The notes under the pieces are model-generated. The model made no database searches. It saw nothing but the letters and a program-made list of their open reading frames with translations, and had not been told where the DNA came from. A DNA stretch of 64,000 nt, from positions 21,175 through 85,174 of IMG/VR virus record IMGVR_UViG_3300045825_000261; one strand, given 5' to 3'. Numbering within the stretch: position 1 is the first letter of the stretch; each line of letters begins with the position of its first letter. The position numbers and the translations under genes are program-made. This DNA comes from a virus. Below, piece after piece: positions 1-9,907 of the stretch.

Positions 1-244
1 TGATAAGGTCACGGTAGCAGTCCTTTGTTGGATTCAGCACCGACGGGGGCAGACTGCCACGAACATGAAACAGATCACCGCCATGAATGATCGTGTCACC
101 TCCAGCCTTTCGTACTTCGGCAGCGCAACGCCTTGTCTCGTCCAGAAGAATCTGCAATCGTGAGTTCACGCCATTTGGCAGAGTTTCTGAAAAGGCAGAC
201 CAGCTATGGTGATGACTATCTGAGATAATTCCGTAAGGGCGCAT
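1..244 (-). CDS. Mre11/SbcD-like metallophosphoesterase nuclease (runs off window start)
   Basis: Not in ORF track. Manual translation from ATG 244 gives MRPYGIISDSHHHSW...IIHGGDLFHVRG, with DxH and GDxF motifs. Confidence 0.85.
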   Translation of the reverse strand, partial: MRPYGIISDSHHHSWSAFSETLPNGVNSRLQILLDETRRCAAEVRKAGGDTIIHGGDLFHVRGSLPPSVLNPTKDCYRDLI

Positions 245-245
245 A

Positions 246-536
246 TTAAACCTCACACTCGTCTGGAATTTCAAAATATTCACCTTCGGTATAAGGCACT
301 GACGCAACGTAATACCCGATGCTGTTTACATAACGGTATCCGGAAACAACACAGGTGCAGCCGTCATCACCATCAACCAAAGTCCACACGAGTCGTTCAT
401 CGAACTTACCCATCACAAACCTATACTCTTCGCCGTAAGTTTCAAACATGAAACCGTCACTTGAGGCGTTTTCATCAAAGTGATTCTTTACCGGCTTGAA
501 CTTCTCAAGAAAATGCTCCCAACTTATTATGCTCAT
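246..536 (-). CDS. hypothetical protein
   Basis: ORF; ATG 536 preceded by GGAGG. Confidence 0.7.
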   Translation of the reverse strand: MSIISWEHFLEKFKPVKNHFDENASSDGFMFETYGEEYRFVMGKFDERLVWTLVDGDDGCTCVVSGYRYVNSIGYYVASVPYTEGEYFEIPDECEV

Positions 537-564
537 ATAACCTCCATCAGTCATAAGTGACTTA

Positions 565-774
565 TCAACCAAACTTATAAAAAATATGCTGCCCTATTAC
601 TGCAACCTTCTTCATTCCACGATCTTTAGTGACAACCGTACAGACTCGATCAGCATCGTGACCGGCACGATTCCAAGTAACCTGCGCAACGGCGTGCTGC
701 CCCGCAAGCGGTTGTTTGCGACTTTCGTGATAGATGTTGAGGCTCAGACAAACGAGCGCTGCTGCGAGAACCAT
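565..774 (-). CDS. SleB/Hydrolase_2-like cell wall hydrolase, internally deleted
   Basis: CLSLNIYHESRKQ..GQHAVAQVTWNR and terminal IGQHIFY present; central part of the domain missing (only 69 aa). Confidence 0.7.
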   Translation of the reverse strand: MVLAAALVCLSLNIYHESRKQPLAGQHAVAQVTWNRAGHDADRVCTVVTKDRGMKKVAVIGQHIFYKFG

Positions 775-844
775 AGCGTCCCTTTCAATTTGTTACTGCG
801 ATGTAAGTATGATAATCGAGTAAGTCAGGAGTGACTATCTTATT

Positions 845-1207
845 TTAACGAATTTTTACCGTCTTTTCGATGTACTCAATGGTCGAGAATGGATTGACTC
901 TGAACTTTGCCAATGGCAAACCTCGCTGACGAGTCTGCTCATGACGAGCAAATGAGTACGGACTACTGAAGAAATCATCAATTAGGGCAATCCAAAATTT
1001 CTTTGAACTTCCCTTTCCTGTGACCACGCCGGCGGCAATTGCGCCGGCTGTCTTTGCCTTTTCGAGTACCGCAACGTCTAGCAGCCATGCGTTTGTCTTT
1101 CTACACACATCACGACTGCGCCTGTGAGCGAGATACACACCACTGCCGGCATCTAGGTAATACATGCCGGCGAATTCGCCATTAACCGTATGCGGTACTC
1201 GAATCAT
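845..1207 (-). CDS. hypothetical phage protein
   Basis: ORF coupled to upstream gene (TAATG overlap). Confidence 0.75.
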   Translation of the reverse strand: MIRVPHTVNGEFAGMYYLDAGSGVYLAHRRSRDVCRKTNAWLLDVAVLEKAKTAGAIAAGVVTGKGSSKKFWIALIDDFFSSPYSFARHEQTRQRGLPLAKFRVNPFSTIEYIEKTVKIR

Positions 1208-1557
1208 TAAATTCTCCGTAGTGAAATTACCGTTGTTTTCTTTTCAACGTTTACAATGTGAGGCCCGTGAATTCGTAACAACACTTTAAAAAGTCTCTCG
1301 GCACTCTGCACACCTGAACCTTCCGCTATCTGGCTATGATTGCCTTCGGAGTGAAGCAGTAGCATTTCCCCAAGCTTACCGACATCAATAGCCTCAACGA
1401 CAGCTTTGCCAAATACCGACTTTTCCTTCTCATTCATAAGCAGGACTTCCTCACCGACCTTCAGCCTCGATGCGTAAAATCCGCCAATTCTAAATGTGTT
1501 GAATTGCTCTTCAACGCCCAATACAGGCGGTATAAACCCAATAACTCTTATTTCCAT
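1207..1557 (-). CDS. hypothetical protein, possibly ASCH/PUA-like
   Basis: FNTFRIGG..LKVGEEVLL pattern; ATG 1557 after AGAGGG. Confidence 0.6.
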   Translation of the reverse strand: MEIRVIGFIPPVLGVEEQFNTFRIGGFYASRLKVGEEVLLMNEKEKSVFGKAVVEAIDVGKLGEMLLLHSEGNHSQIAEGSGVQSAERLFKVLLRIHGPHIVNVEKKTTVISLRRI

Positions 1558-1606
1558 GACGCCCTCTATCAGTGAGTGAGACACCCAATGATAGAGGGGT
1601 GGTGGC

Positions 1607-2614
1607 TTATTTTGGCAACAATGCCGTCAATTCAGCTTGCAACCCTTCCTTTTCAACCTTTTCAGCAAGCGCTTTTTTGTAATAACTTTTACCGTCAGTC
1701 CAAGTTACACGCGCACCGCCTGATGGTATCAATTTCTTATCCACCAGATAGTCGATCAGGCTCGTGGTGGTATCGAAGCTTGCTGCGCCCAATTCGTCAA
1801 ACGACATACGCAGCGAAGTCTCACTAAATGGCTTCGTCAATTTAGACTTCACGCACTGAATCGAAACCATCTGCCCAACAAACTCTTTCTCACCGCCACG
1901 CTCTTCCATGATCTTCTTGCGTCCTAGAGCCAGACGAGCGGTAGCGTAGAACTCCATCGCCTTACCGCCTGGGGTTGTGCGAGGATCGCCATACACAACC
2001 CCAGGCTTCAGGCGCATCTGATTCAGGTACAAAAATGTCGCATTACTTTCTTCGCAGAAGTGAGCCATAGACTTCAGCGTAGTCGATGTAACGCGAGCCA
2101 AAGCTGTCGTGTCGTTCATTGAAAGTTCGTCCAATTCCTTATCGGCGACCGACTTTGGTAAAGCTGCGGCAATCGAGTCGAATACGAACAAGATTGGCGC
2201 GTCTTTTGAAATTGCGCCAGATGCACGAATCAGACGCGCTGCCTTACCTGCAATCATATTGCCCTCCTCCCAAGTCTTAGGCTTGTGATAAATCCAGTGA
2301 GGGCGTTTTGTATTCAGGCCAAACCCTTCCGCCAAATGAACGTCGAAAGATCGCTCCCAATCAATGAAGCCGGCGACGCCACCCATTCGTTGAGCCTCAA
2401 CCATCCACTTCGTTGCTAAAGCAGTCTTGCCCGTTGAGGACTCGCCGAACATTTCAACCATGCGACCGAATGGCAAACCGCCATCATAGCGACCAGACAT
2501 GATTTTGTTCAGCGGTGGAAAGCCCGTGTCAATAAACTGCGATACCGCTTGGTTGCCTGCGTTGTCGCCCAACTCTTTAAGCAGCGCTGCTGCCAAGTCA
2601 TCTGATGCGCTCAT
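1607..2614 (-). CDS. recA: RecA/UvsX-like recombinase
   Basis: GGLPFGRMVEMFGESSTGKT Walker A, VFDSIAA, NQMR, TTPGGKAMEFYA. Confidence 0.95.
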   Translation of the reverse strand: MSASDDLAAALLKELGDNAGNQAVSQFIDTGFPPLNKIMSGRYDGGLPFGRMVEMFGESSTGKTALATKWMVEAQRMGGVAGFIDWERSFDVHLAEGFGLNTKRPHWIYHKPKTWEEGNMIAGKAARLIRASGAISKDAPILFVFDSIAAALPKSVADKELDELSMNDTTALARVTSTTLKSMAHFCEESNATFLYLNQMRLKPGVVYGDPRTTPGGKAMEFYATARLALGRKKIMEERGGEKEFVGQMVSIQCVKSKLTKPFSETSLRMSFDELGAASFDTTTSLIDYLVDKKLIPSGGARVTWTDGKSYYKKALAEKVEKEGLQAELTALLPK

Positions 2615-2847
2615 TAGAAATGCTCCTCTTTAGTTTTTTCAGGTTCGACAACTTCATCTTCTTCCATCATCAGCTCAAGACTTTTCGCCACGTCTGCCGT
2701 CTTCCAGTAAATTGCAGCGAATGCAAAAACAAGCGCAGACCCATAGCGGCCAGCCATCGCGAAAGCCAAAGTCATAAAGAAGAAAAAATTCTCCATAATA
2801 TTCAACACAATGCCAATCAACGCTACTTTCATAAAATGAAAATTCAT
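2614..2847 (-). CDS. small membrane protein
   Basis: Hydrophobic ORF tightly packed between exonuclease and recA. Confidence 0.6.
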   Translation of the reverse strand: MNFHFMKVALIGIVLNIMENFFFFMTLAFAMAGRYGSALVFAFAAIYWKTADVAKSLELMMEEDEVVEPEKTKEEHF

Positions 2848-2848
2848 A

Positions 2849-3850
2849 CTATTTCCCTTCAAACGGACTGCAAAAATGATCCAAGTTTCTCGTGATGCTG
2901 GCAAAGTTCAACTCTTGGCACAGTCCTTCAAACTCGATTTTATTCAATGGTTCGGAAACGATCGTCACGTCCTTCGGGTCAGGCTTTACAACCTTCAACA
3001 ACTGCATCATCCTCAGATTGCGGTTGAAAATGATTCGCCCCTGTCCGGGCCACTCGCTCATGTACTTCTTGATCGCCTTGTCGTCAAAGTCATCGCCGGT
3101 ATAGTTGATAGCCCACTGCTCTTTCGTCTGATCGCACCGCCCCTTCCACAGATTAACGTGGGGCTTCTTGGTGGGGATGAATGAACCGTCGTCACACTGA
3201 GCCCAGAACGCACGAACAGAACCGAACTCAGCTATGAACTCTGGCGCACCTTTTTCACCGATACCACCAACGCCAGAAATGCAGTCTGACGAATCGCCTT
3301 GCAAACACTTAGCTTCAAGAAAGCCATAAGGCGTTTTGCATCCGGTGTAGTCTGTGAAATTCTTCATCGTCACAATCTTGGCGTCGTCGCGCAAATCTCG
3401 CCACGTAACGCCTGGACGAACAAGCTGAAGCCAATCGCCGTCACCGGTAATTAGCACAACCTCGTTACCTTCTTTTGCCATAAGCTGCGAAACAAGCAGT
3501 CCAGCAAGATCATCAGCCTCGTGCGTTGATGCCGTCATTTGACGAATTCCGAGATACTTCAATGCTTTTGTGATGTATGGACGCTGCTCGGCGTAAGCTT
3601 CGCGAACCTCCTTCTTTTTTGGATCATTGTCACGATTGCTCTTGTATTCAGGACACAGGTCAAACCGCCACTGAGCTTTACCGTCCCAAAGAACAATAAT
3701 TTGATAGCCTATGTAAGTCGTGCGCAGTTCGCGCATGGTCTTAATGAAGCCAAAAATCGCTTGCGTTTGAAGACTGCCTGACGTGAGCTTTGTCGCGTGG
3801 TGAGCGGCATACCCAACAGAGTTGCCGTCAATTATCAAAGTACGACTCAT
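2849..3850 (-). CDS. 5'-3' exonuclease / flap endonuclease (PolI N-terminal, T4 RNase H-like)
   Basis: IIDGNS, YKSNR, EADDL, TGDGDWLQL, GDSSDCISGVGGIGEK motifs. Confidence 0.93.
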   Translation of the reverse strand: MSRTLIIDGNSVGYAAHHATKLTSGSLQTQAIFGFIKTMRELRTTYIGYQIIVLWDGKAQWRFDLCPEYKSNRDNDPKKKEVREAYAEQRPYITKALKYLGIRQMTASTHEADDLAGLLVSQLMAKEGNEVVLITGDGDWLQLVRPGVTWRDLRDDAKIVTMKNFTDYTGCKTPYGFLEAKCLQGDSSDCISGVGGIGEKGAPEFIAEFGSVRAFWAQCDDGSFIPTKKPHVNLWKGRCDQTKEQWAINYTGDDFDDKAIKKYMSEWPGQGRIIFNRNLRMMQLLKVVKPDPKDVTIVSEPLNKIEFEGLCQELNFASITRNLDHFCSPFEGK

Positions 3851-3866
3851 ATTTTCTCCTTCAGAT

Positions 3867-3896
3867 GAAAACTGCCCAGATTAAGAGGCAGTTTTC
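3867..3896 (-). terminator. intrinsic terminator-like hairpin after ssb
   Basis: GAAAACTGCC-N10-GGCAGTTTTC. Confidence 0.6.
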
Positions 3897-3914
3897 GTTC
3901 ACAGCTACAGACGA

Positions 3915-4766
3915 TTAGCCTTCAGTGCCGGTGCTGTCTTCAAACTCGCCAAGCAGATCATCAAGCTCGTCATCAAGAGCCGGTGATGCTTTTGCGGCCT
4001 TGATGTTGCGCTCAGATGCTCGCAAGCCTTCTTCCCGCTGATCATCAAGCGAACTCGCAGATGTTTTTGGACGATCTTCAGCAGATGCCGGTAACAAGCC
4101 TGCAACATTGTTGATGGCGTTCAGAGCACGTTTCTGGTTTTCCTCGTTCTCTTGCAGAACGTATTCGTCCAGATTGTTCAACTTGCCCATTACGTCATCA
4201 GGCATAGTCGAACGCTTGGCGCTGATCTGAACCGTGTACTTGGTGGTCAAACCTTTGCCATCGCGGTTGATTGTGATGATCTGAGGTTTTTCCTCGTCAA
4301 ACACGCCAGACGCCCACTCTTCAACGATTTCAACAATCTGACCGAAGACAGATTTGCCAACTTCGAGAATTTGAGGGGTTTTTGCTTCTGTCGTATCCAG
4401 AGCCAGTACGTTCAACAAATACTTCTGCTTACGCGCACCGCAAGCCGCTTCATCCAACTGCTTCAAAGTTTCCTCGTCACCAGCATCGGTCATACGAACG
4501 GCCTTGCCGATACCTTCGCAAACGGGACATGGGCGACCGTAAGTTGCGTCCATGCAAGGGTAGACCGCCTGAATGACACCAGCAGAGTCCTTGATGAAGT
4601 GTTGCCCAAACTCGTGAAAGTAGACGTGCTCTTCGCCTTTGCGCCAGCCTTGCAGCAGAACGTAGCGATTAGCGCCTGGATTTGGTTTGAGAGTTTTTGC
4701 CTTTTGTTTCAAGGCGGCCTTTTTCTGTTTCATAAGACCCATGAGTTTGCTTGTATCCATTGCCAT
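3915..4766 (-). CDS. gp32-like single-stranded DNA-binding protein
   Basis: H..YPC..YGRPCPVC zinc motif, acidic C-terminal tail (DDELDDLL), recombination-gene context. Confidence 0.8.
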   Translation of the reverse strand: MAMDTSKLMGLMKQKKAALKQKAKTLKPNPGANRYVLLQGWRKGEEHVYFHEFGQHFIKDSAGVIQAVYPCMDATYGRPCPVCEGIGKAVRMTDAGDEETLKQLDEAACGARKQKYLLNVLALDTTEAKTPQILEVGKSVFGQIVEIVEEWASGVFDEEKPQIITINRDGKGLTTKYTVQISAKRSTMPDDVMGKLNNLDEYVLQENEENQKRALNAINNVAGLLPASAEDRPKTSASSLDDQREEGLRASERNIKAAKASPALDDELDDLLGEFEDSTGTEG

Positions 4767-4918
4767 GATGTTTGCTCCTTGTTGAGATTGAATTTAAAAG
4801 TTAATGCCTTTAGATTTTCAGTACGCGACAACCAACCATTCGGAGGATCACCGCGTACCGTTTACCGTTTCAGCAACTATATTATAGCTCACTACTGACT
4901 TACGTTACTTGGGAAATG

Positions 4919-5701
4919 TTACGCGGCTTCCCGTTTTGCCGACGACAGTGCGCGACTACGAAAATCGTCACGTTCACTTTGTTTTTCGAGAACGCGAGCG
5001 GCGCCCTTGTATTCATCACGCCGATCTGCACCCAACTGAATAATCATGTCGCGGCGATCCTTCAGGGCTTCGACGTTTTGCTTATTTATCGAGGCGATCG
5101 TGCCGGCTTCAATGACGGTATTCTTTGCCTTGAACCAGCGAGAGTCGAGCTTGACGGCGTTTTCAACCATCTTCTCAGTAACTTTCTCGCCTGAAGCCAC
5201 CAACTCCTTACGGTGGTGGTCGTACAGCGTTGCCTCTACAACCTCGAAGCGAGCCTTCAAGCGATCGTGCTGCGCCTCTGCACGGGCGGCTAATGTGCCG
5301 TAATAGGCACGCAGACCGCTTTGTTCGTACATACACGAATCCAGAGTTTCTTCAGTGACGCGAATGTCCTTGATGAACTTGGAAGAATCGACGTAATGTT
5401 GAAGACCGCTTGACGCTGTTTTTGGAACATCTTCATCAAGCTCGTCCGAAGCAGCAGTCTCTTCAACAACTTCCGCAACAGACTCTTTCACCTTAACCGG
5501 CGCTTCTTCGTCCACTAACTGCTCAGAAACACTCTCAACAGGCACTTCTTCGACCTTAACAGGCTCTTCGACCTCGACTACGGTCGCAGCAGGCGCTTTC
5601 GCAACAGCCTGGCTTTCGACAATCTTCGCGCTCTCCTCTTCGAGCTCCGCCATCAGCGATTCGATTTCGTCATCCGATACGTCAATTTCTTTTACTGCCA
5701 T
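4919..5701 (-). CDS. UvsY-like recombination mediator (coiled coil)
   Basis: KVTEKMVENAVKLD..W helical motif; adjacent to SSB and RecA; acidic N-terminus. Confidence 0.55.
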   Translation of the reverse strand: MAVKEIDVSDDEIESLMAELEEESAKIVESQAVAKAPAATVVEVEEPVKVEEVPVESVSEQLVDEEAPVKVKESVAEVVEETAASDELDEDVPKTASSGLQHYVDSSKFIKDIRVTEETLDSCMYEQSGLRAYYGTLAARAEAQHDRLKARFEVVEATLYDHHRKELVASGEKVTEKMVENAVKLDSRWFKAKNTVIEAGTIASINKQNVEALKDRRDMIIQLGADRRDEYKGAARVLEKQSERDDFRSRALSSAKREAA

Positions 5702-5782
5702 TTCGCTCTCCTTACGTTATTGTTGCGACAAAATAATGATACATATTCAAGTCAGGAGCATAAATCATTCCTGACTTATCTC

Positions 5783-8700
5783 CTACTCTAGCATTTCTGC
5801 GACACGTTTGAATACGGAATCCAACACCTCTGACTTCGATGGATCAAAAACCAATTGTTGCGCATTCAGGCCACAAACTATCGAGGCATCGAGCTTCGGA
5901 TCATAGATCACCTTACCGGCGAGCTCCGCAGTGCCACCTTTCATTCCTGGCATAAAGAATTTGATCGCAGCAGAGCCCAGAGCCACAATGATCGCAGGCT
6001 TCACAATCTCAAGCTCATGCTCAAGGTAGTGTCTGCACCCATTTAGCTGCTCACTGGTCAAGAACTTGTCAGACTTTTTGGCCTTGACTAAGGTCGTGTA
6101 ATAACCGTCACCAGCAGATAAACCAGCATTCTTGATCGCTGCTTTAACAAACGCGGCAGAATCGCCTTCAAGCAGCTTATCAGCCCTCTCTTCTTGCCAC
6201 GAAGGACAATCCGAAACCACCATAAACTTCACCGTGGACTTCAAGCGAATGGTTGGGTGAGGCTGACTTGCAAGAGAGCATCCATCGCATTTTTTGTACT
6301 CCTGAACGAGAGAGATTATCTTGGCACGCAAAAACTTGTCCGATACATCGGTTGTTCTGTCTGACTTAACGGAGTCGATAATCAGTCCAGGCATAAGCTC
6401 GGTTTGATCCTTGCGGCGCTCAAAGTGTCGCGCAGACTTTGATCCAGCTTCAATCGCAGCATAAGCACCGACAAGACCAAGGTTCGCCACAACGGTAGCG
6501 TTTACTTTAGAGCCCTGCTCAAGCGCCGCCAACTCAAACTCTCTTGCAGTATCGAAGCGACCCTTGACCGGAGACTCCAAGTCCATACCCCATACCTCTT
6601 CAACCGTGCCGTCACGCTTTTTCTTCTGACGAATAACAACCCAATCACGATTGCGCTCACGAAGCTCCGCAATTCGCAGCGCGGTATTTTCAGAGATACC
6701 CTTCACCGCCGAGAATGGTGCGAGAATGTGCTTATCGTCAGGAATGGTGAACTTGTCGCGAGACAGGTTAATGTCTGGCGGAAGAACCTCAATGCCGCAA
6801 CTACGTGCGTCCGTAACCAATCCTGGCAACTTGTCCTCTTTCACGATACTCATACACGCAGCAAAGTATTCAGCTGGATAGCGACAGCGAACCCACATTG
6901 TCCATACCGAGATAATGGAGTATTCGACAGAGTGCGACTTATTGAAACCATAACCAGCAAACGCCTCAATCTTATCAAACAGATTACCCGCCTGCTCTTC
7001 TTCCATTCCGGACTTGATCAGACAGCCGTCAATCCACTTCTGACGCATTTCAGCCATCTTTTCACGGTCCTTCTTACCCATCGCTTTTCTCAAGTGATCA
7101 GCTTCAGCCCCAGTAAAGCCGGCAAGATCGACTGACAATTGCATGACCTGCTCCTGATACACAATAACGCTGTATGTGCTACCGAGCGCCGCTTCCATAT
7201 TGGGATGATCATAATATGGCGACTTGTAGCCTTGCTTAATCGCAACAAAGTCATCCATCAGACCTGAGTCCATTGGGCCAGGGCGGTACAGTGCGGTTGC
7301 GGCAGATATGTCTTCAAAGGTCAGGTCGCCACCTTCGGCAAGTGACTTCAGTAACTTACGCATGCCTGGGCTTTCAAATTGAAACACGCCTGTCGTGTCG
7401 CCACGCGCAAACGCATCCATTACATCTTTCTCTTCGAGTGGAATCTTGAGGTAGTCAACTATAATGCCGTGACGCTCCTTGATGTACTGCTTGGCTATCT
7501 CAAGAACATCGAGCGTTGAAAGCCCAAGAATATCCATCTTGATCAGCCCCCAATCTTCAACAACTCGCTTGTCCCAATTTACGACCGCCGATTCTGCGCG
7601 AGTCTCAACGACCGCACGTTCAACGAGAGGCTCACCAGCAACAACGATACCTGCGGCGTGCTGACCAAACGAACGCATAACACCCTCAAGGCGCAGCGCG
7701 TGACCCCAAATCTCAGGATTAGTGTCTCTGAACTTCTCAAGCTCCGGAACAGCGGCAGCGGCCTCGGTCAACGTAAAAGTCTGACCGTGATCTTTTGGAA
7801 CAAGCTTCGTTGCCATTAGGTCGATGCCGCTCATGCCATATACTCGACCAGTGTCGCGTAAAGCAGAGGCAGAAGCGAGCGTTGAGTAGTTCGACACACC
7901 GGCAACGTGATCAGCGCCGTACTTTTCAATCAGGTACTCAACGACCAAATGTCGCTTGCTGGACATGAAGTCAAGATCGGCATCAGGTAAGTCAAGACGC
8001 TCAGGATTAATGAAGCGCTCAAACAGCAGATCAAATCGAATTGGATCAACGTCAGTGATGCCAAGTAAGTACGCGACCAGCGAACCACCGACAGAACCGC
8101 GTCCTGGGCCAACGATGATCGAATTCTCTTTCGACCACATTACCAAGTCCTCAACCAGCAAAAAGTAGCCAGAGAAGCCCATCTTCTTCAAAACACTCAA
8201 TTCGTATTCGAGGCGAGCCTTGTACCTTGGCATCAGTTCTGCGGGCGGCAGATAACCGAGAACCGGATGCGTGAAGCGGCGCTTCCAGCCTGCCAGACAC
8301 TTTTTGCCAAGTGTCATGAACTCATTGTCTGACATTTTTGGAAGACAAGGCGCTTTCTTCTCAAATTTGTAATTGCACATATTGGCAAGAACTTCGATAT
8401 TGCGAACACCATCACCCCAAGCCTTCGATGCGTTTAGATCGTTCCATTCGACCTGACGCTTATGTGCAAGCTTAACCCGCTCAAGAATCTTTGTCGGCGC
8501 GTCGAGACAGAAGTCCTTCACGTACTGCTTTGGACGATACGTTACGGAAAGCTGAGTGTTGCTGGTAATGGCGTTCAATACCTGTAACGTGTCGGCATCG
8601 TCATTTTCGCGATACATTGCGGGGTATGTGACCAATGTCGGTGCGCCGACATACTCAGCCGCCTTGATCGCTTTCTCGTTAAGCGTATCGAACAGCGGGG

Positions 8701-9235
8701 TATTGATTGGGCAAAGCTCCGCAAAAACCTTATCGCTGCCAAACTTATGCAGCAACTTTGTCAGAATCAGAACGTGATCAGGGTGGTGAAACAGATTAAA
8801 CATGTCGCCGGTAGAGATTGCAACGCCCTTCATATCCAGCACATCATTCAATCCAACTCGCGAATGGTAATAGAAGTGATCGGCGCGACCGCCAATAGAC
8901 AACAACTTCATCAGAGAGTTGATGCCTGTCTCGTCAATCACGTAAGCCTTTAGAACATACGAATGATTGTCATTCGGCGCAATGCCAGATGCCTTTGAAG
9001 GCAAACGGTACAGTGGGTCATCATAGACGCGAATTCTGCAACCGATGATGGGCTTAATGCCGGCCTTCTTTGCCTTGTTGCTGAAATCAACCAGCGCGTG
9101 AATGGACATCATGTCCACCAGCGCAACGGATTCGTAGCCTAACTCTTTGGCGCGATCGACCAAGTGATCAATTTGAAGCAGCGACTCGCCAATAGAGAAA
9201 TCGCTTCTTACCGCTAGTGCATTGTTTAAATTCAT
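5783..9235 (-). CDS. dnaE: DNA polymerase III alpha-like with C-terminal UDG family 4-like domain
   Basis: GPGRGSVGGSL, FERFINPER, PDADLDF, KMDILGL, YQEQVM, YGFNKSHS; C-terminal CDGCSL...LVKAK...C.....ELEIVKP.IIVALG. Confidence 0.95.
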   Translation of the reverse strand: MNLNNALAVRSDFSIGESLLQIDHLVDRAKELGYESVALVDMMSIHALVDFSNKAKKAGIKPIIGCRIRVYDDPLYRLPSKASGIAPNDNHSYVLKAYVIDETGINSLMKLLSIGGRADHFYYHSRVGLNDVLDMKGVAISTGDMFNLFHHPDHVLILTKLLHKFGSDKVFAELCPINTPLFDTLNEKAIKAAEYVGAPTLVTYPAMYRENDDADTLQVLNAITSNTQLSVTYRPKQYVKDFCLDAPTKILERVKLAHKRQVEWNDLNASKAWGDGVRNIEVLANMCNYKFEKKAPCLPKMSDNEFMTLGKKCLAGWKRRFTHPVLGYLPPAELMPRYKARLEYELSVLKKMGFSGYFLLVEDLVMWSKENSIIVGPGRGSVGGSLVAYLLGITDVDPIRFDLLFERFINPERLDLPDADLDFMSSKRHLVVEYLIEKYGADHVAGVSNYSTLASASALRDTGRVYGMSGIDLMATKLVPKDHGQTFTLTEAAAAVPELEKFRDTNPEIWGHALRLEGVMRSFGQHAAGIVVAGEPLVERAVVETRAESAVVNWDKRVVEDWGLIKMDILGLSTLDVLEIAKQYIKERHGIIVDYLKIPLEEKDVMDAFARGDTTGVFQFESPGMRKLLKSLAEGGDLTFEDISAATALYRPGPMDSGLMDDFVAIKQGYKSPYYDHPNMEAALGSTYSVIVYQEQVMQLSVDLAGFTGAEADHLRKAMGKKDREKMAEMRQKWIDGCLIKSGMEEEQAGNLFDKIEAFAGYGFNKSHSVEYSIISVWTMWVRCRYPAEYFAACMSIVKEDKLPGLVTDARSCGIEVLPPDINLSRDKFTIPDDKHILAPFSAVKGISENTALRIAELRERNRDWVVIRQKKKRDGTVEEVWGMDLESPVKGRFDTAREFELAALEQGSKVNATVVANLGLVGAYAAIEAGSKSARHFERRKDQTELMPGLIIDSVKSDRTTDVSDKFLRAKIISLVQEYKKCDGCSLASQPHPTIRLKSTVKFMVVSDCPSWQEERADKLLEGDSAAFVKAAIKNAGLSAGDGYYTTLVKAKKSDKFLTSEQLNGCRHYLEHELEIVKPAIIVALGSAAIKFFMPGMKGGTAELAGKVIYDPKLDASIVCGLNAQQLVFDPSKSEVLDSVFKRVAEMLE

Positions 9236-9268
9236 ATCTTCCTCTTATTCGCGATTGCAGAATTCATA

Positions 9269-9907
9269 TTACGACCTCAATTCAGGAGCAGCAACGATAC
9301 GACCAGCGATTTCCTGCGCTATGCAAAAATCAAGCAGAATCGGTAAAGTGATAGATACATGAGAAGCTGCGGCGCTGTCGCCCATTTCGGTTTTGGTTAA
9401 AAATAACTCTTTCAATTCGCGTTTATCAAAGCCTCCGTCAATCAGACCGTCAATCGCTACAGACATAAAACGTGGCCGTGAATTCGCTAGAGCGTTGCGC
9501 CCCTCCTGAATACCTTCTTTTATCTTTTCAATCAGACCTTGATTACACAGATTGCGAGCCTGCTCTCGCGGCTTAATCTTCATCTTCGCAAGAATCAATT
9601 CATGCTCGACCGGAATCGAAAACTTCACAACCTCAACGCCAGTCACGCGCTCTACCGGCTGAGTAATCTTCGCCTCAACTTTTGAGGCGAGCTCCTCAGC
9701 CGTCATACGACGAGCCATTTTTCGCTTTGCGTCGTCATGCCGCTTCAGCAAGTCAGTCACATTAACAAGCCCTCTTATTGACTCAAGCGTCTTCAGAGAC
9801 TCGTCAGAGCACGCCTCAAAATGAGAGCATGTCTTGCAAATGTCAGAATCGTGCGAAAACACACTTGCTGCGCCATAACATCCCGGAACACCTTTGGCTT
9901 CACTCAC
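9269..9907 (-). CDS. hypothetical protein with N-terminal Cys cluster
   Basis: PGCYG...CKTC...C; overlaps upstream stop (GTGA). Confidence 0.75.
   Translation of the reverse strand: MSEAKGVPGCYGAASVFSHDSDICKTCSHFEACSDESLKTLESIRGLVNVTDLLKRHDDAKRKMARRMTAEELASKVEAKITQPVERVTGVEVVKFSIPVEHELILAKMKIKPREQARNLCNQGLIEKIKEGIQEGRNALANSRPRFMSVAIDGLIDGGFDKRELKELFLTKTEMGDSAAASHVSITLPILLDFCIAQEIAGRIVAAPELRS

Noticed and set aside
4152-4898. Long plus-strand ORFs (also 10652-11263, 23881-24582, 57337-57843)
   Set aside because: Antisense shadows of well-supported minus-strand genes, with no motifs.
5783-9235. Inteins or introns in DnaE, and also in RecA, DnaB and TerL
   Set aside because: Lengths are normal, motifs are contiguous, and no C...HN splice junctions or homing endonuclease motifs were seen.
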